A DNA stretch of 64,000 bases, from contig NC_045696.1 of the NCBI RefSeq assembly GCF_009834535.1, positions 118,174,001 through 118,238,000 on the forward strand, written 5' to 3'. A model generated the notes under the pieces. The model was not told the DNA's origin, made no database searches, and saw only the letters and a program-made list of their open reading frames with translations. Both the position numbers and the translations under genes were made by a program. The DNA is from Camelus ferus (taxonomy: Eukaryota). Position 1 is the first letter of the stretch, and every line of letters begins with the position of its first letter. This document shows positions 11,581 through 24,989 of the stretch, one piece after another.

Positions 11581-14224
11581 CTGCACTCTCCTTAGGGGCC
11601 GCAGACCTTAGTCCCTGCACTCTGTTGTGTGGTTACGCAGTACAGAGTGTGGAAGGAAGTGGGTGAGGGGGATCTCAGGCAACTGGTGAACTTTTCCACA
11701 AGTGAGCCGAGAGTTGCTAGATCTATTGATTTTTTTCTGGGGGGGTGGGGTGGGAGGGAATTAAAAATCTAGATTTTTATGTGAAATGTCAGTTTTTTAA
11801 ATCTTCACAGTTGATTCAGGATGAATTATTTGCCCACTGGATGTGGCCTGTGAAAACCAGTTCATAACCTTTTCTTAATGCCCTTGGCAGAATGTGTTTT
11901 GATCGAGAGGTTTTCTTTCTAGCTGCATCCAATCGAATACTAGTAAGAGTCTATGAAGGAGTATTAATAGGATAATATCAGTAAAATTTCATCCTTTAGG
12001 GAGATTAAAGACTAGGTGAAATGGAATTATTCGTTATTTTAGTAATCCTATATAGTTCATAATACACCTCAGATGAGTTTTAGTTGGGCTTGGATCGGGT
12101 CATGATGGGATGCTACTAATTTAAATATAGTCTGTGGTATAGGGCAAAAAATCAAAAAAAATAAGAAAGTCAAACTAGAATCTTGAAAAGCTAAGCAGCT
12201 ATTAAAATGTGTAAATGTTTACTGAAATTGTCTCTTACTGTTGAGCCTCTGGTAACAAGCCCTTTTATTTCCTCCTCATACACTTGTCTTTTCCTGTGCT
12301 GTGAATCACGGGGAGATTTAAATACATGTAGTTTTTCATTGAAATGCCTTTGTCAGATTATAGGTAGATTTAAATAACATGTGGAATGTTGTGACTTCTA
12401 ATGCAGTTTAACACAATTAGTCAAAGGCTTTCTTTATTTATAATAGAATATTACCCCAATGGCAAGGTTTTAGTGAATAAGAGATTGAAATAAAAGTCAG
12501 TGGTTGTTTACAGTTTTATTAAATGCTTTTATATTACTTAAAATATAAATAAAATATCCCCAGAGACAACTTAGTGTCATTTCTTAAGTATTTGGAAAAA
12601 AAATTCGGACTAATTAGTTATTAAAAAGTTGTCCCACAAACCTAGATTAAAGACCTGATCTAATAGATTCACTATTTCGAAATAATTTTTCTTAATGGAT
12701 TTTCAGGCCTAGCTTATAAGAAGACATTCCATCTAAAATCAGTAGTTCTTTCAAAAAGAGGGGCTTAATTGTGAATTCTTTTATGTGTCCTTTAGATCCT
12801 GTATGTATTGTTTAATATATAAATAAAATACTTGTTACTTAATTTTTCTGTTACAAGTTCAAGTGTTTTGACTTAGCATTTCATTTAATAGTGTTCAATT
12901 ATTGTTCAAAGCATGGCTTTAAAAATTTAATAGAAAAACACTTTATGGTGTCTTTTTTATTATTAGAACAATATATATTCATTACATAAAAATTGAAAAA
13001 TAAAAAACACACATGATCCCACCCCACGGAAACAACCAGCAAACCCTTTCCTTTCCCCCTTTTCGTTTTGAGGTTTTTTTTTTTTTTCCTCTTTGACTGC
13101 TTAGTGTTTTAAATTCATCTTTTCTGTGATATTATTATAGTTTAGTATATTTGTTTTTAAAAGACATCGTAGTATTTGACAGAGTTCAAATGGATCCCCT
13201 TCACAAAGATTCTCATCCAGTAGCTGAAAGTAAATTCTCCTTCCTAACTGCATGTGACTGTACCTCTGTTATGATACCTTGTAGCTGCTTTTATCTTACT
13301 CAGACTTCTCTAGGGCAAGCACTGTCTTACATTTCTCTTTACATTCTTATAACATTCACGGATTGTTGAATGCATAAATGAAAGTAAACCTTAAATTCAT
13401 TTTCTTTCTTGTATCTACCACTTGAAATAGCCAAATGGCAGCAAATATATCAATGCAGTTTTTATAAGTTTAATGGGTTATATGAGTAAGGCTTTTGTGG
13501 AAATACTAAGAAGTCATTCAGGATTATGGTGCTAATACTTCTTCCTTGGTCTGACGTTGTACCCGGTCCTCTGTGTCATAACTAATTAATGAAGATGTAC
13601 TATGCTCAGATTTGTCAAGTAAATCTAATCTGAAGGATAAATTTTACTAGATAGGTATCTGTATATAATATTAAAGTATTAAAAACTACAAAGGAAATAT
13701 TAACTTATTGGAAGGTTTATAATGAAGAGGAGCATGGGAAATTTGAAGTAGAAAAATTTTAGAAATGGTAGATCTAGCATGGTAGTCTGATGAAAGGGAA
13801 TTGATAATGCTAGAGCTGATTAGAACTTATCTTCTTGTCAGGAGGAAACTGAAGTTTTGGAACGTAAATAATTGGACCAAGGTTATAAGATGACAGTGTC
13901 TCTAACGTGCATAACTAATGTGTGCTCAAATATTTTTTGAATAAATAAATTAAATGCCTTATATGCAGGAAGTTGTTGAGACTTTGCCATATATACTTTA
14001 GAAAAGTCATTACAAAAGAGTACCATGAATTTATATTAAAAAATAGAATGTTTGCATTTCTTCAAAATATTTATGCTTTGAAGTCAAGAACTTAGAAGAC
14101 ATAGCACTTTTTAAAGTATGGCAACGTAAGGAAAGTGGAAATAGAATGGGTTCTAGTTCGCTTTGTTTCTAGCAGTGCTTTGACTATATAATTGGAAGGT
14201 ATCCTTGGATAAGCTTTATGGAAA

Positions 14225-14780
14225 CTTTTCTAGTTGGAAGAAGATTTCAGCTGGAGTGTCTAAAGGGTCACTTGAAAAAGAAAAACCCTCTATATTAAAA
14301 TAAAATGTGTCCAAGTTTTAAAGAAAAGATCTCAGAGTTTGCAGATGATCCTAAAATTGGAGCTAGAGGAAATAATGAGGAACAATGCAATCAGATTCAA
14401 AAAGATTTGGATTGTTTAGGTGATTGGGCCAGCAGATGGCAAATGCAGTTCAGTGTAGACAAATGTAAAATAATTATCTTAGGAACAAAGAACCAATCAT
14501 ACAGCACACTGATCAGGAAAAAATTTGTGGGTTATTGTAGGAAAACCATTGAAACAGTTAACCCGGTGCACAGCTGCAGCAAAAAAGGCAAGCAAGAAAC
14601 CAAATTAGCAGACGAATAGAATATAAAGCAAGAGGCAATACTTATAGTGTATTAAGAAACTTGCTAGACCCCATCTAAATTACTCAGTCTTGTATTGGTT
14701 GATAGAACCACTTTAGAAAGAGTACATTTTTGCCTTGAAAATAGACTGGAAGTTATAACAAGCAAATCTAATAAAGAGAT
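14225..14780 (+). mobile_element. CR1/L3-clade LINE ORF2 reverse-transcriptase relic
   Basis: ORF 14305..14619 encodes ISEFADDPKIG...QIQKDLDCLGDWASRWQMQFSVDKCKIIILG, matching the CR1 motifs SKFADDTKLGG / LQxDLxxLxxWAxxWQMxFNxxKCKVMHLG. Upstream SSWKKISAGVSKGS (~14229-14270) corresponds to SxWxxVTSGVPQGS. Downstream KKLARPHLNYSVLYW (~14653-14698) corresponds to LVRPHLEYCVQFW. Confidence 0.92.
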
Positions 14781-14898
14781 TTCAACCAATTTTTATGAAC
14801 TTCCAGTTTGTGAAGTTTTATAGATAAGAGCAAGGTACTGTGTCCAAGTACAGGCACTTCAGGTCTGTCCACTATCAAAACTGGATCTTAGAGGAGAA

Positions 14899-15322
14899 TG
14901 TGTATGGTTTTAGCTGCTTTGGGCCTTACCTAATCCCCTTTCTAGTTTAAGGATGAGGAGGCGCTGCCCCTCACTTCTCTTCACGAAAGAGGTTTAAAGG
15001 CTGCCATGTGGTCCTTCTGCATGCTTGAGGGCTGCACCGTGGTACCTAGAGAGATCATGGGCATGCGATCTGCCGATGAGGTGAGCCTTCCTGGCCAGTG
15101 ACTCTTGATGTAGTACCACACGTTGCAGGCTATGTCATTCTAGGTGGTGGAGGCAGGACTGTGATCTGCCTGCCGTGGTTCCAGTCCAAGCCTGGTTCTC
15201 CAACCTTGGCTCAGTTTTGTTTTGTTTTTTTGAGCTACCTAATACCCAGCCAATAAACTCCTTTTGACTTAGTAACCAGAATGTGTCTGTTGTTTATAAT
15301 CAAGACCCCTAACTGGTCCGTG
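14899..15322 (+). mobile_element. Old ERVL-class solo LTR (LTR16/LTR33-like)
   Basis: 3' end 'ccaataaactccttttgacttagtaaccagaatgtgtctgttgtttataatcaagacccctaactg' resembles ERVL/MaLR LTR ends and includes the polyA signal. Confidence 0.65.
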
Positions 15323-17419
15323 GTAGTGTTCTATTATTTTAGCTTTGGCCATTGCATTGGTTTTTTTGTTTGCTTTTTTGTTTTTTGTTTTTGTTATTGT
15401 TGTTCTTCAATGTGTTTGTTTTGTTTAGAGTGGTGTCTTATTATACATCATTTTTTTTTTGATGAACAAATTCTCTCTCTCGCAGTCTAGTGTTGAAAAG
15501 AAGCAAGAAGTATTTGTACCAATACCACCAGCATCTATAATTTTCTTGTAAAATTTAACTTTCTTTATGCAAGTGAGTAGTGCTACTTTGTTAAAAATGA
15601 TGTTCACTATTCAGCCTGATTATAAAAAGTGTACTTATGTGCTACTTTATATATTATATTTGGTATACCTAAACATCATTGTTTTCTTTCGGAGGAAACT
15701 TAATGCATGATTTTCTTAGTGTCACATAAATAATAGGTAGTAGAATCAGGAATTCTGCCCAGAGGTTTTGGTTTTTATGTTACTGTTGATTAGTGAATAT
15801 TTGTTAAGTGAAATATTTTGGAAAATGATACTTGTGAATTAGGAATTGTGGATTATATTTTAAATTTATGGTGAGTTGATTGGTTAATATTTTGAGTGGA
15901 TTTTTATCACACAGGCAATGTTTTAAATAGTGGTTAAATTTTCCATTTATCACATATGCCATATTGACTTCTTTTTAGCTAAATTGTAGAAACATTTTGT
16001 TTGTTCTGTTTTGTTTTGTTTTGAGAGGTTGTATATAAGGCTATTCCGTGGAAAAATTTTGAAATGAGAATTTGTCTTTGAGAGTGTCATCATTCTTAAA
16101 TGTGAAATGGAACCCTCCCAGTAGAAAGGTGTCTTCGAGTCTGTTACCCATGCACCTGTGGACACCAGAACTCTTACCCAGCCCCAGGACCTGAGCATAT
16201 CATGGCACCATGACGTGTCCTGCCTTCCAAAGTAAGATGTTCTGTGATTCACATCTGATTCCTCCCCCCAGGCCCCTAACCCTGCCCCATATTTATAGAC
16301 TATGAATGCTATTGGAGGGAAAGCTGTATGACTGAACTCTTCTGAACACCTATATGAGTATGTGATAGCCCTTTACTTTCTTAGAGATTACTCTTTTATG
16401 AAGAGAATACTTAGTCCTTTGACACTTTGATTTGCATGTCTCGGTGAAGGAAAAGCATTGATCCAGTGTTCAGGAAACGTCTTTGGTCTCATTGCATGGT
16501 TAAGGACTGCCTGTATGATATATGTCTTTGTAATAGAGAAAGTCAGTGAACTGGGAAAATGAATTATTTTATGTATGTGAGTGTTAAGGGTAGTTGAGGT
16601 TTTACATTCTAATTTTTAAATTGAGATCTTTGTGACATGGAGTGGTACTTAAAGTTGTTTTTACCACATCATGTGCATGTGCTGAAAGAGATGTGCGGGG
16701 CATGGGGCTGAAGTACTCAGCGATGACTGTGTACTGCAGTTGCTATGCCAGACGGCTGAAGATCCATCCCCGTGTCTGCAGGGAGCATAATGGTCCTTTT
16801 GAGGGTAGAACCAAGACCTAGCACCGCAGCCTCCTCACCCCTCCCAGGAGGAGTTCATTTTCCTTGTGTGCAGGGCAGGCTCCTCTGTGGCCCTGGGCCC
16901 GTGGCACTGGCCATTTCTCTTGTCACTTGCAGTTGAGCTCCTCTGGCTGCTGGTGGCGCTCTCACTGCCTCCCGTGGGGCCTTGGACTCCTGGCTTTTCC
17001 AGGTCAGTCCCAGGGCGAGGGGCAGGGCCTTTTACGAGCCATGCTTCGTTGTCACAGGGTGCACACAGAGTGGAAATGACGTCTGTGGCTAACGCCTGCT
17101 TTGAGGACTGCTATCGGGGCTGGGTTTTCCTTGCCACAACACTTCCTTTCTAAAGTTACTGCGAGCTTTGGTGATTTCAGGAGATGAGTGACTCTGGAGA
17201 GCTTGACTTTATAGTCGTGTTTTCTTACACTTAGCCCTGTTTGCCTGCCGGTCTGTCTGCCTCTTTTTCTTCTTTCCTTCTCTCCCTTCTTCCCTCCATT
17301 TCTTCTTTTTTCTTTCTCGTCTTTGTGATGGTTTTTGTTATTCTTGTTTAAAGAAAGTAGTCATGTTAGAAAATTCTGTGTAACAATGCAACTTAGTTTA
17401 TTCTAAAAATATTGGGTTA

Positions 17420-18200
17420 TTATATATTAGTACAGAGGGATTAAATGTATTTAAATTTTAAAAATATACATATATGCTCTTATACATCTATTACTGTTTT
17501 TCATGTTAATAGTATATTATGGGCAAGAAATAGCAATCTACATCTTCTCTTTTAATCGTTACTTAACATTCTGTTCTCACTGATGATTATGTGGGTTATT
17601 GGAAATTTTCACTATTAAATATAATTCTGCATTCAAAGTACTTTTGATAGTGTTTGTATACATCCCTCATTATTTCCATAGGATAAATACTGAAAGTAGA
17701 ATTGCAGGATAAAAGGGTAGTCACATTGTCAAAGCTTCTGAATCTTAACTGCCACAACTTATATGTTTCACTCCCATCAGCGATTTTGAGAAGCCTGTTT
17801 TTTTTCCAAGTCCATAGCAGGTATTAATACTTAAAAAGAAAACATCTTTGCTAATTTTATAGGTGTAAAGTAGTATCTCGTTTTAATGTATGCTTAATGC
17901 TATTGAGCATTTGTATTTATTTTATACTTTTCTCTGTATTATCTTTTGTCTGTTATTCAATTGTTTCTCTCATATTTAAGTACTAAATTATATATTAGGA
18001 AGGTAGACCCTTTTCTGGCATATTGGTGGTATTTTTTTCTGTATTTCATGTGTATATATTTTTTAAACTACTGAGTTGAGGTATTGCTTTGTTTTTTTGT
18101 TTTATTTTTGGACCATATAGCCATTTAAAATTTTTATTTAATCAAATGTATTCTTGTTTTACATATTTTTTTCACTTTTAGTATTCAAATTTTTTAGATA
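17420..18200 (-). mobile_element. Old L1M fragment
   Basis: 'ttatttccataggataaatactgaaagtagaattgcagga...cactcccatcagc...tttgctaattttataggtgtaaagtagtatctcgttttaat' is degraded antisense L1 ORF2 3' sequence. Confidence 0.7.
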
Positions 18201-18517
18201 TAAAATTTAATCAATTTTGGATTTGTAAATGTTAGCTTTTAGGCACATATTCTGTATTTTCTATTTTTTGGTATTGCAGACGTTGGCCTGCACTCACACT
18301 CACAGTCGGGAACATGAGAAGAGCAGGAACTGTTGCCAGCTGATGTGACCTCAGGTCTCAGCATCTGTGTCTGTAAAATGAAGATACTGGTCAGATACAG
18401 TGCTGATCACTCAGTGACTTTGTCCTTCAGCCACAGTAAGAAAATTGAAATCATAACCTAGGACTTACATGCACACTGCTCATGTACAGATATATGTTTG
18501 TGTCTGTCTACCTGCAC

Positions 18518-18520
<3 letters not shown>

Positions 18521-18568
<48 letters not shown>

Positions 18569-18590
18569 ACATACATATACATACACACAC
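18521..18590. repeat. (AC)n microsatellite with degenerate 3' part
   Basis: About 21 perfect AC units followed by AT/AC mix. It lies within a probable Charlie-type MITE bounded by cagtg (~18399) and cactg (~18730). Confidence 0.97.
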
Positions 18591-19389
18591 CCTGTGTTCT
18601 ACTTTTTGTATTACATGCCATACCATGCTGTGCAATGCCAGATTATTAGAAAAAAGCCCTGCTGTATGCAACTTACTAAATTACTTTCATTACTCACAAA
18701 GGGGTATTTCTCGCAGTTTGTGAAACACTGATGTCATGAACTGGACACTCAAATGCCTTCTAGGGCTGACCAGACAGAGATGCAAATACCTTGCCAATTA
18801 AGCAAATCAGAGGGCCTGGGTATCTAAAGACATTCATATAAAAACAAAACAAAACTTGCTAGGTCAACAAACATTTTCAGGTGGAACTCAGCCTGCTCAT
18901 TTGGGCCCCTACCAAAAACCCAAAGACATAAAACACAAGCTTATTACTCTGTGAGGTACACAGCGTTTTGAACAGACAATGCGTGTTCTGGCCGTGGACC
19001 ACAGACCTTGCTCTGAGTAGCACTGGTCTGGATGCTGGTCTTTGGATACTCCCCATATCTTTCTGCTCTAAAATTCTCTGGCTTCGTGACAACCTCTAGA
19101 CATGGGAATTAGGAGATAAAATCCTCACTCAGTTTTTCTGATTTGATAAGACACGACTCCTGTGATAGGACCTGAGAAAGAAAAACATGTAAGAGACGAT
19201 TCTACGTTTCTGAGTTTCTCTGGAAGCTGATTGAAGGGGGAGGTGAACGTGGTCCTTTCCATGTCAAGCAGAGGTGATGACACAAAATCCCAGCAACTGT
19301 GCCCCAAAACAGAAGATGCTAATGAATAACCAGTGAAAAAAAGTTCAGTGTCATTGAAAAAATATGTCAGCATTTGGATGCCTAGATTC

Positions 19390-19425
19390 TTGTGTGTGTG
19401 TGCGTGTGTGCGTGTGCACGTGCAC
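19390..19425. repeat. Imperfect (GT)n/(GC) microsatellite
   Basis: 'tgtgtgtgtgtgcgtgtgtgcgtgtgcacgtgcaca' seen directly. Confidence 0.85.
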
Positions 19426-19969
19426 AGAATTATTTCTAGGACCTGACTTTCTAGTTTAGGGGCAAGATGTCTACCTACAAGGAGACCCTGTGACGTGTGA
19501 CCATTAAGGCTGACTTGGGTGACTTAGGTAATTGTCATGGAACCATGGAGCCATTAGGTTCCAGATGGAACTGTAATCTGGCTTCTGACTGAGCCAAGTG
19601 TCCTTGTAGAGTCTCTAAGCATCTGTTTTGGAAATATATGTGACATTATTCAAAATTTGTACAAATTAAGCCACCCTTGGGTTATAATTCAATTTTTCTT
19701 TATTGAGAAATGTATTGTAAACAGTTTTATGCAATCAAGTAAAACTAGCCTGTACCCATTATTTATTTGCCTGTTAGCTGGTCATTTATATTTTTGTGGT
19801 TGAATTCTTAATTGATTTAAGAAAGCTTACATTATACTTCTAAAATTGTAATTTGTTTATAAAACGTGAAGAGTCGTTTCCTCGTTTCAAACAGCTTTCA
19901 CATAGGTACTTATTTTTGAGAGACTAATTAAAAATACTTAAAATTATGGTGATTTCACCTTTGAATGGC

Positions 19970-20275
19970 AGGAACCCCGAATAATCTGTCTCATTCCAAA
20001 TGAAGTTTATTTTCTACCATAATGGAAATTCCAGCAGTAGGGGAGGCTCCAGGGTTGGGTCTCCAGTGTGTGGACAAGTCACCAGCTCGATTTATCTGTT
20101 TCTCTCCCTTTGTCTTCAGCTTTCCTTCGTGATCCCAGGGCGGCTGCCACTCAGCAGCTAGAGGAACAAACATCCTTTAGTTCCAGCAGAGAGAGAAAGC
20201 AGAGGCATTTCCCTGCATCACAGACTAAAAGTTCTTTCCTTTAGTTTGATTGGCCCCGTGTAGACCCTATGTCCA
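19970..20275 (-). mobile_element. Old MaLR LTR fragment (MLT1J/K-like)
   Basis: Antisense polyA signal 'gaagtttattttct' plus 'ggcggctgccactcagcagct' and 'gtttgattggcc' motifs. Confidence 0.55.
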
Positions 20276-22414
20276 TATGGGTTTTAATTTATTCTCCTAT
20301 TTACAGAAACACAGAAATTAAAATTTTATTATGGAAAGAAATACTAGTTAAGTATTTACAGTTCTTTTAGCTTTTCTTGTTAAGTAGAGACTGGAAAAAT
20401 AACTTTGTATATTGGGGGTAATAAATGTTACCTGGTCCGGGTGAAGTGTAAGGAGATTGCATTATTAAAGAAATGTTAGTGACATTTCCTCAGGGAATGT
20501 CATATATTATCCCTACTATTTGTCTCTTCCCCCAGAAGAAGTCAGTGCGGTTCTTTGGAGCCATGGTCCTCAGCAGTTGCCCTGCTATGTGTCCTAAGTT
20601 TCACTTTTAAAAATTGTGCAATTTACTTACGTTGAATTGTTAAGTTTGAACAATTGAGGATCAGCATTAAAAATGAAGAGTTATAAATTCATGGCAGAAA
20701 GATCTTTCCCTGGATTTAAGTTAGGAAATACTGAAAATAGTGGTACGTAATAAAACAGCTCCTAAGGCGATATTGGAGCAGATGTGGATTTTAGATTTGG
20801 ATTGTCTGTCCTGAGATGGTAGTATTTGTACACAGATTTCCTTAAGGGTGAAAGCTGTGTTTTTCTGCCAGTTCTTTCACTGTTTTTACTTTTCTTTTGC
20901 TCCTTCCTGTGTCAAAAATGCATTATTGCAAATGTCATTAATTTTGCTATTTTGTGATAAATCTGATCAGTTTTAACTAAACAATTTGATAAACATAACA
21001 ATAAATGAGGAACCTACTTACCTCTTTAAGGGTTTGAAAACAATCAGGGCATTCTAGATATCTTCTTTGCCTTCATCACTACATCTGATAAGTCTTCCCC
21101 TGATGCTTATCTCTGAAATCAGTTCTCTGTATCCTGATTTGGACCCTGTTTATCTGTTATTTGGACTCCCCAAGCTAGAATTGTTCTTCACTTTGCTTTT
21201 TTTTTTTTTTTAACTTAATAGGATATCATAGCAGCTTTCCATTTGAACACATAGCTCCTCTCATCTTAATTTTAGAGCTTCATAGTATTCCAAGGTAGGG
21301 CTGTGTAGTGTGTAATGTCAGCATTGTCTTTCTTGATGCCAAATCTTACTGTGTTGCTGTTCTTGTTAAAAGTTCCCCTCCCTTCTCCTACAGTGGTGAT
21401 TCTTAGGGCAGGGAACATTTGCATCCCAAGGGTGGGTAAATCTGAATCAGGTGTAGCTGTTTTAAAAACATTTCTGTCCCTGAAATTTTGATACTCCTTG
21501 GTTGAGGATTTCTCTTGTCCTAAGACTGTAACTGTTTCTGATATCAGACATGACAAAGGTTATAAATTCCTTAATGGTTTGAACTTCTTGCTTCCTGCAG
21601 TCTAGTAATTCCGAACAGCTTGCCTTTTCCTTGGCTGGAAGTCTTCTGTTTTCTCTTTCACTTCTTGGCATTGATAGGTGTGTTCCACTCTGTTTTAATG
21701 TCCTTCACCCCTTGTCCTGTTCACCCTGAAGCTGTATCCCATCCTGTGATGATTTCCCTCTTCTCGATTATCACACTGCTGTCGAGCTGTTTTACTAAGA
21801 GCACTTGTGATTTCTGCTAAACTTAACTTCCCTCCACTAGGCTTTGAGCTACTTGAGGACAGAGTGAACTTCATACTTTTGCGTGTAGACAGTGTATGCA
21901 CTAGTACACATAATACGACATGAAATGTCTGAACTTTAGTAGTGTAACCGTAGAAATCTACGTAAGTATTTCTATGTTTTTGTATAAAATAGCTGAACTT
22001 CCAATACTAAAAGTTGCTGAATATTGTTTTTGTTGTTGGAAATGACTTGGAATTGCAGAAAGGCTTTACCCAAGCACCTGGTAATAAGATAGGCTTTGAG
22101 AGTTAAACTTTAAAACTCTACCCAGGGAGGAGCAGAGCCTAGATGCAAAGTTTCTGAAGAGGCAGAATGACTGATGGGCTTGCAAGCCTCAGCCACTGTC
22201 TGATTGACTGTTGATGCAGCTCAGGAAAGAACGGGTCCGCTCCGGGTGGGGAGTGGCGTGGTCAGCCATCACCATAGGAGGAAAGGCCCAGGGGTGGAGG
22301 TTGGTAGTACTCATCCCAGCGTTCGCTGGAAGGTTTTTAATGTTCTCATTTCTGCCTCTCTAGAAAGAGACCTATGTAGGGGTATGAATACTTCATATTT
22401 TCTTTGCAGGGGGG

Positions 22415-22630
22415 ATAGCAGTGAAGTGACAGACTTGAGCAGATGGGGTTGAAATTCTGGCCTCGCGACTTGCTGTTTGTGTATCCTTGGGCAAATTTCT
22501 CAACCTCTTTGTGCCACAAACTATTCATCTGTAAAACAAGGATAGTAGTGGTACCCACTTCATAGGACGGTGGTGCAGTGTAGAAGTTCTTAGAGCTGGT
22601 CCGGTGATAAGTACTGTGTGTTAGGAGCTG
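22415..22630 (+). mobile_element. MIR SINE
   Basis: 'tgtgtatccttgggcaaatttctcaacctctttgtgcc...catctgtaaaacaaggatagtagtggtacccacttcatagg' is the MIR core. Confidence 0.85.
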
Positions 22631-23915
22631 TTACGCCTTTAGTACTTGGATCTCCCATCTCTCCTTATTCTAAAAAATGTGTACTTGTTTCGGTGACTTG
22701 ACTTCTTGAGTAGTTTACCTGCAAGGAGAGAGTGTACTTCTTATGCCATTACAAGTGTTCCAGCCCCGTAACACAAATGTCCTCAGTTCTTTGGCACTTA
22801 CTTAGTTCTCATTATGTGAGAAATGAGACAAGAGTTAGGTCAGTTTTTGGACCTTGGTTAACATGTGTTTACCCCAAGTCAGGAACCATTCTTGAATGTT
22901 CTATCTGAATCCACTTTCTAGCTGGCAGGGCTGAAGGCCAGGTCTCTGGAGGCTTTTAAGTCCTAGAGTAATAACCGCTTTCCCATGACACCTCTTGAGA
23001 GCCAGCCATTGTGTCCCCCGACAAGCCCACACCTCACCTAGCAGCACTGTGGGTCCAGGTGCGTGAACTGCCCCCCCATGGGACATGACTCTGTGTAGGT
23101 GGGTGTTTTGTGTATGTATCTGTTTGATACTAACTGAAATACCTAGTTCATCTTTCTCTGGTGAAAAACTATGTGAGAGCATATAAAATATATTCAGCAC
23201 ACAAAATGCGCTTTTTGTATTTTTAAGAATTATTTGACATGTATAGAATGAACTCCTTGAGAGTGGGGTCTGGGTTTGGGTCTTTTTTTCTGTTTTTCTT
23301 TGGATTCTGTTTGAAAGGGGTGTCTGAAATTAGCTCAGGTTAAAAAGCTGTGTGTGCGACAGGAAGGGGAGGAGAGCTCTCATGGAAACCTAAGGTTGGG
23401 GCTTGCTTTTAAGACTATAGGAAGTGGTTGTGATTTTAAGGCAATGTAACAAAACAAACCGTTAGCTTCACTGCATGCCGCCTTCCTGTCTGGCTACCAG
23501 CAGCAGTTTCTCTTTACGTACCGCTCTAGCTCCTATTGCTGCGTTCTCTGCCGCCGCAGCCCAGGCAGAAGGCAGGTCTTTTCAGAGGTTTCTAGTTCAG
23601 ACTGCTTGAGAGGCACGGAGAATTTGAAGCAGCCCATCCTTTGAAGCCAGGCGGCGAAGGTGCTAGTTTACTGATGAACGTGAGCCTGGCGCTCACCCAA
23701 GATCTGGTCTGTTGTTACTGGTGTGGAACTGGGCAGCCCTGCCACAGAGGCTAGGCTCAAGGCAGCTTCTTTTAGAGAGTGATTGTGACAGTCATATTCA
23801 GAGTGTGCTGGTCTGTAAGGTTAGAGAAAACGGCTGCCTTGACTCGGAACGTTCTTCCAGGGCAGGACTGTTGTGTAAATATAGGAGTACACTATTTTAT
23901 TGGCTGCATGGTGCC

Positions 23916-24062
23916 TGTATTCATTTCTGAGGACTGCCATAACAAAGTACCACAAATTGGATGGTTTACGTTACAGAAATTTATTATCTCACATTTCTAG
24001 AAGCTAGGAGTCTGAAATCAAGGTGTCCTCAGGGTTGGCTCCTTCTGAGAGCTTTGAGAGTG
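23916..24062 (-). mobile_element. MLT1 (MaLR) LTR 3'-end fragment
   Basis: 'ctgccataacaaagtaccacaaattggatggttt...cagaaatttattatctcacatttctagaagctaggagtctgaaatcaaggtgtc' is the MLT1A-C terminal motif. Confidence 0.85.
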
Positions 24063-24450
24063 AGCAGTTCTTAAATCTTGATTATTTGTTTAAATGTCCC
24101 TTTCTTTTTAGTAATCAACAGATTTACTGAAGATGATAGTCTGATAGTATTAGTATTGTAGTAATGTAGTTATGTAGTAATATACAGTATTAGGATGCCA
24201 GGAGGTAAAATATAATTAATAAAATTGGAAATGTTTATAGAATTTGTGTTGGTGGGTTTCATTTAAAAAATTGATCCTTTTGCTCAGTGTATACATTTTC
24301 AATAGAATTATTTTTAATAGGAAGGTGCCTACTACATGATGGCTTGGCAACTAAGAGTTTTATGTCCAAACAAACGAATTTAAGTTAATTATTTTTCAAA
24401 ATCTCTTTTTGATCTTTTGTAGTACAATGATTCTAAAGAGATGGTTACAG

Positions 24451-24525
24451 TATATGCATGACTCAGACCTTGTGCTGTACACCAGAAATTGACACATTGT
24501 AATTGAATGTACTTCAATTAAAAAA
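24451..24525 (+). mobile_element. Very short L1 3'-end insertion with perfect 16-bp TSD
   Basis: 'tgtgctgtacaccagaaattgacacattgtaattgaatgtacttcaattaaaaa' flanked by aaagagatggttacag at 24435-24450 and 24526-24541. Confidence 0.93.
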
Positions 24526-24989
24526 AAAGAGATGGTTACAGATGTAAAGTAAAATTACATCTGATTAAATTGTCAAGCTGATTTAAGTTAGAATTATTCT
24601 AATCATTCTGCTAAAATAAATATGCTTTCCTCACTTTAATATTAAATTTAAAATGTAGTTGTAAACTATAGGAATTATAATAATGTTTTTAGATTTTCCC
24701 TTAGACTTTGAGTGTTTTAATTTTGTATTCTGCTGTTGAAAATGTCAATACTACTTTAAATTTTATTTAACATGATTCCTCAGATTTAAGTATTCTGACC
24801 TGACTGAGAAATCTACCTCCTCCCACTAAAATGAATGTATATTTTATGAATTGAGTCTTGCCATTAGAAAAACCCCTCAACTTCTTATTCACTTAATTTA
24901 TTTTATCATTCTCCTAATGTGTATGTTCATGGAAGAAGTTAAACTCAGTTGCTAGGCTTCTTCCCTCCCTTCTTTCTTCCTTCCTTTTA

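Noticed and set aside
13545..13700. A possible third CR1/L3 remnant upstream of the main one
   Set aside because: Only faint resemblance to the GPVLFNIFIND and KFADD coding region. I cannot support it without an alignment.
14305..14619. Functional reverse transcriptase gene or retron-like system
   Set aside because: Only the C-terminal part of the RT domain is in frame, upstream motifs are deleted or frameshifted, and the context is a mammalian LINE fossil.
16864..17153. Overlapping GC-richer ORFs
   Set aside because: Non-ATG starts, no recognisable protein similarity and no convincing splice boundaries.
18469..18731. His/Thr-repeat and Cys/Val-repeat ORFs
   Set aside because: These are translations of the (AC)n microsatellite.
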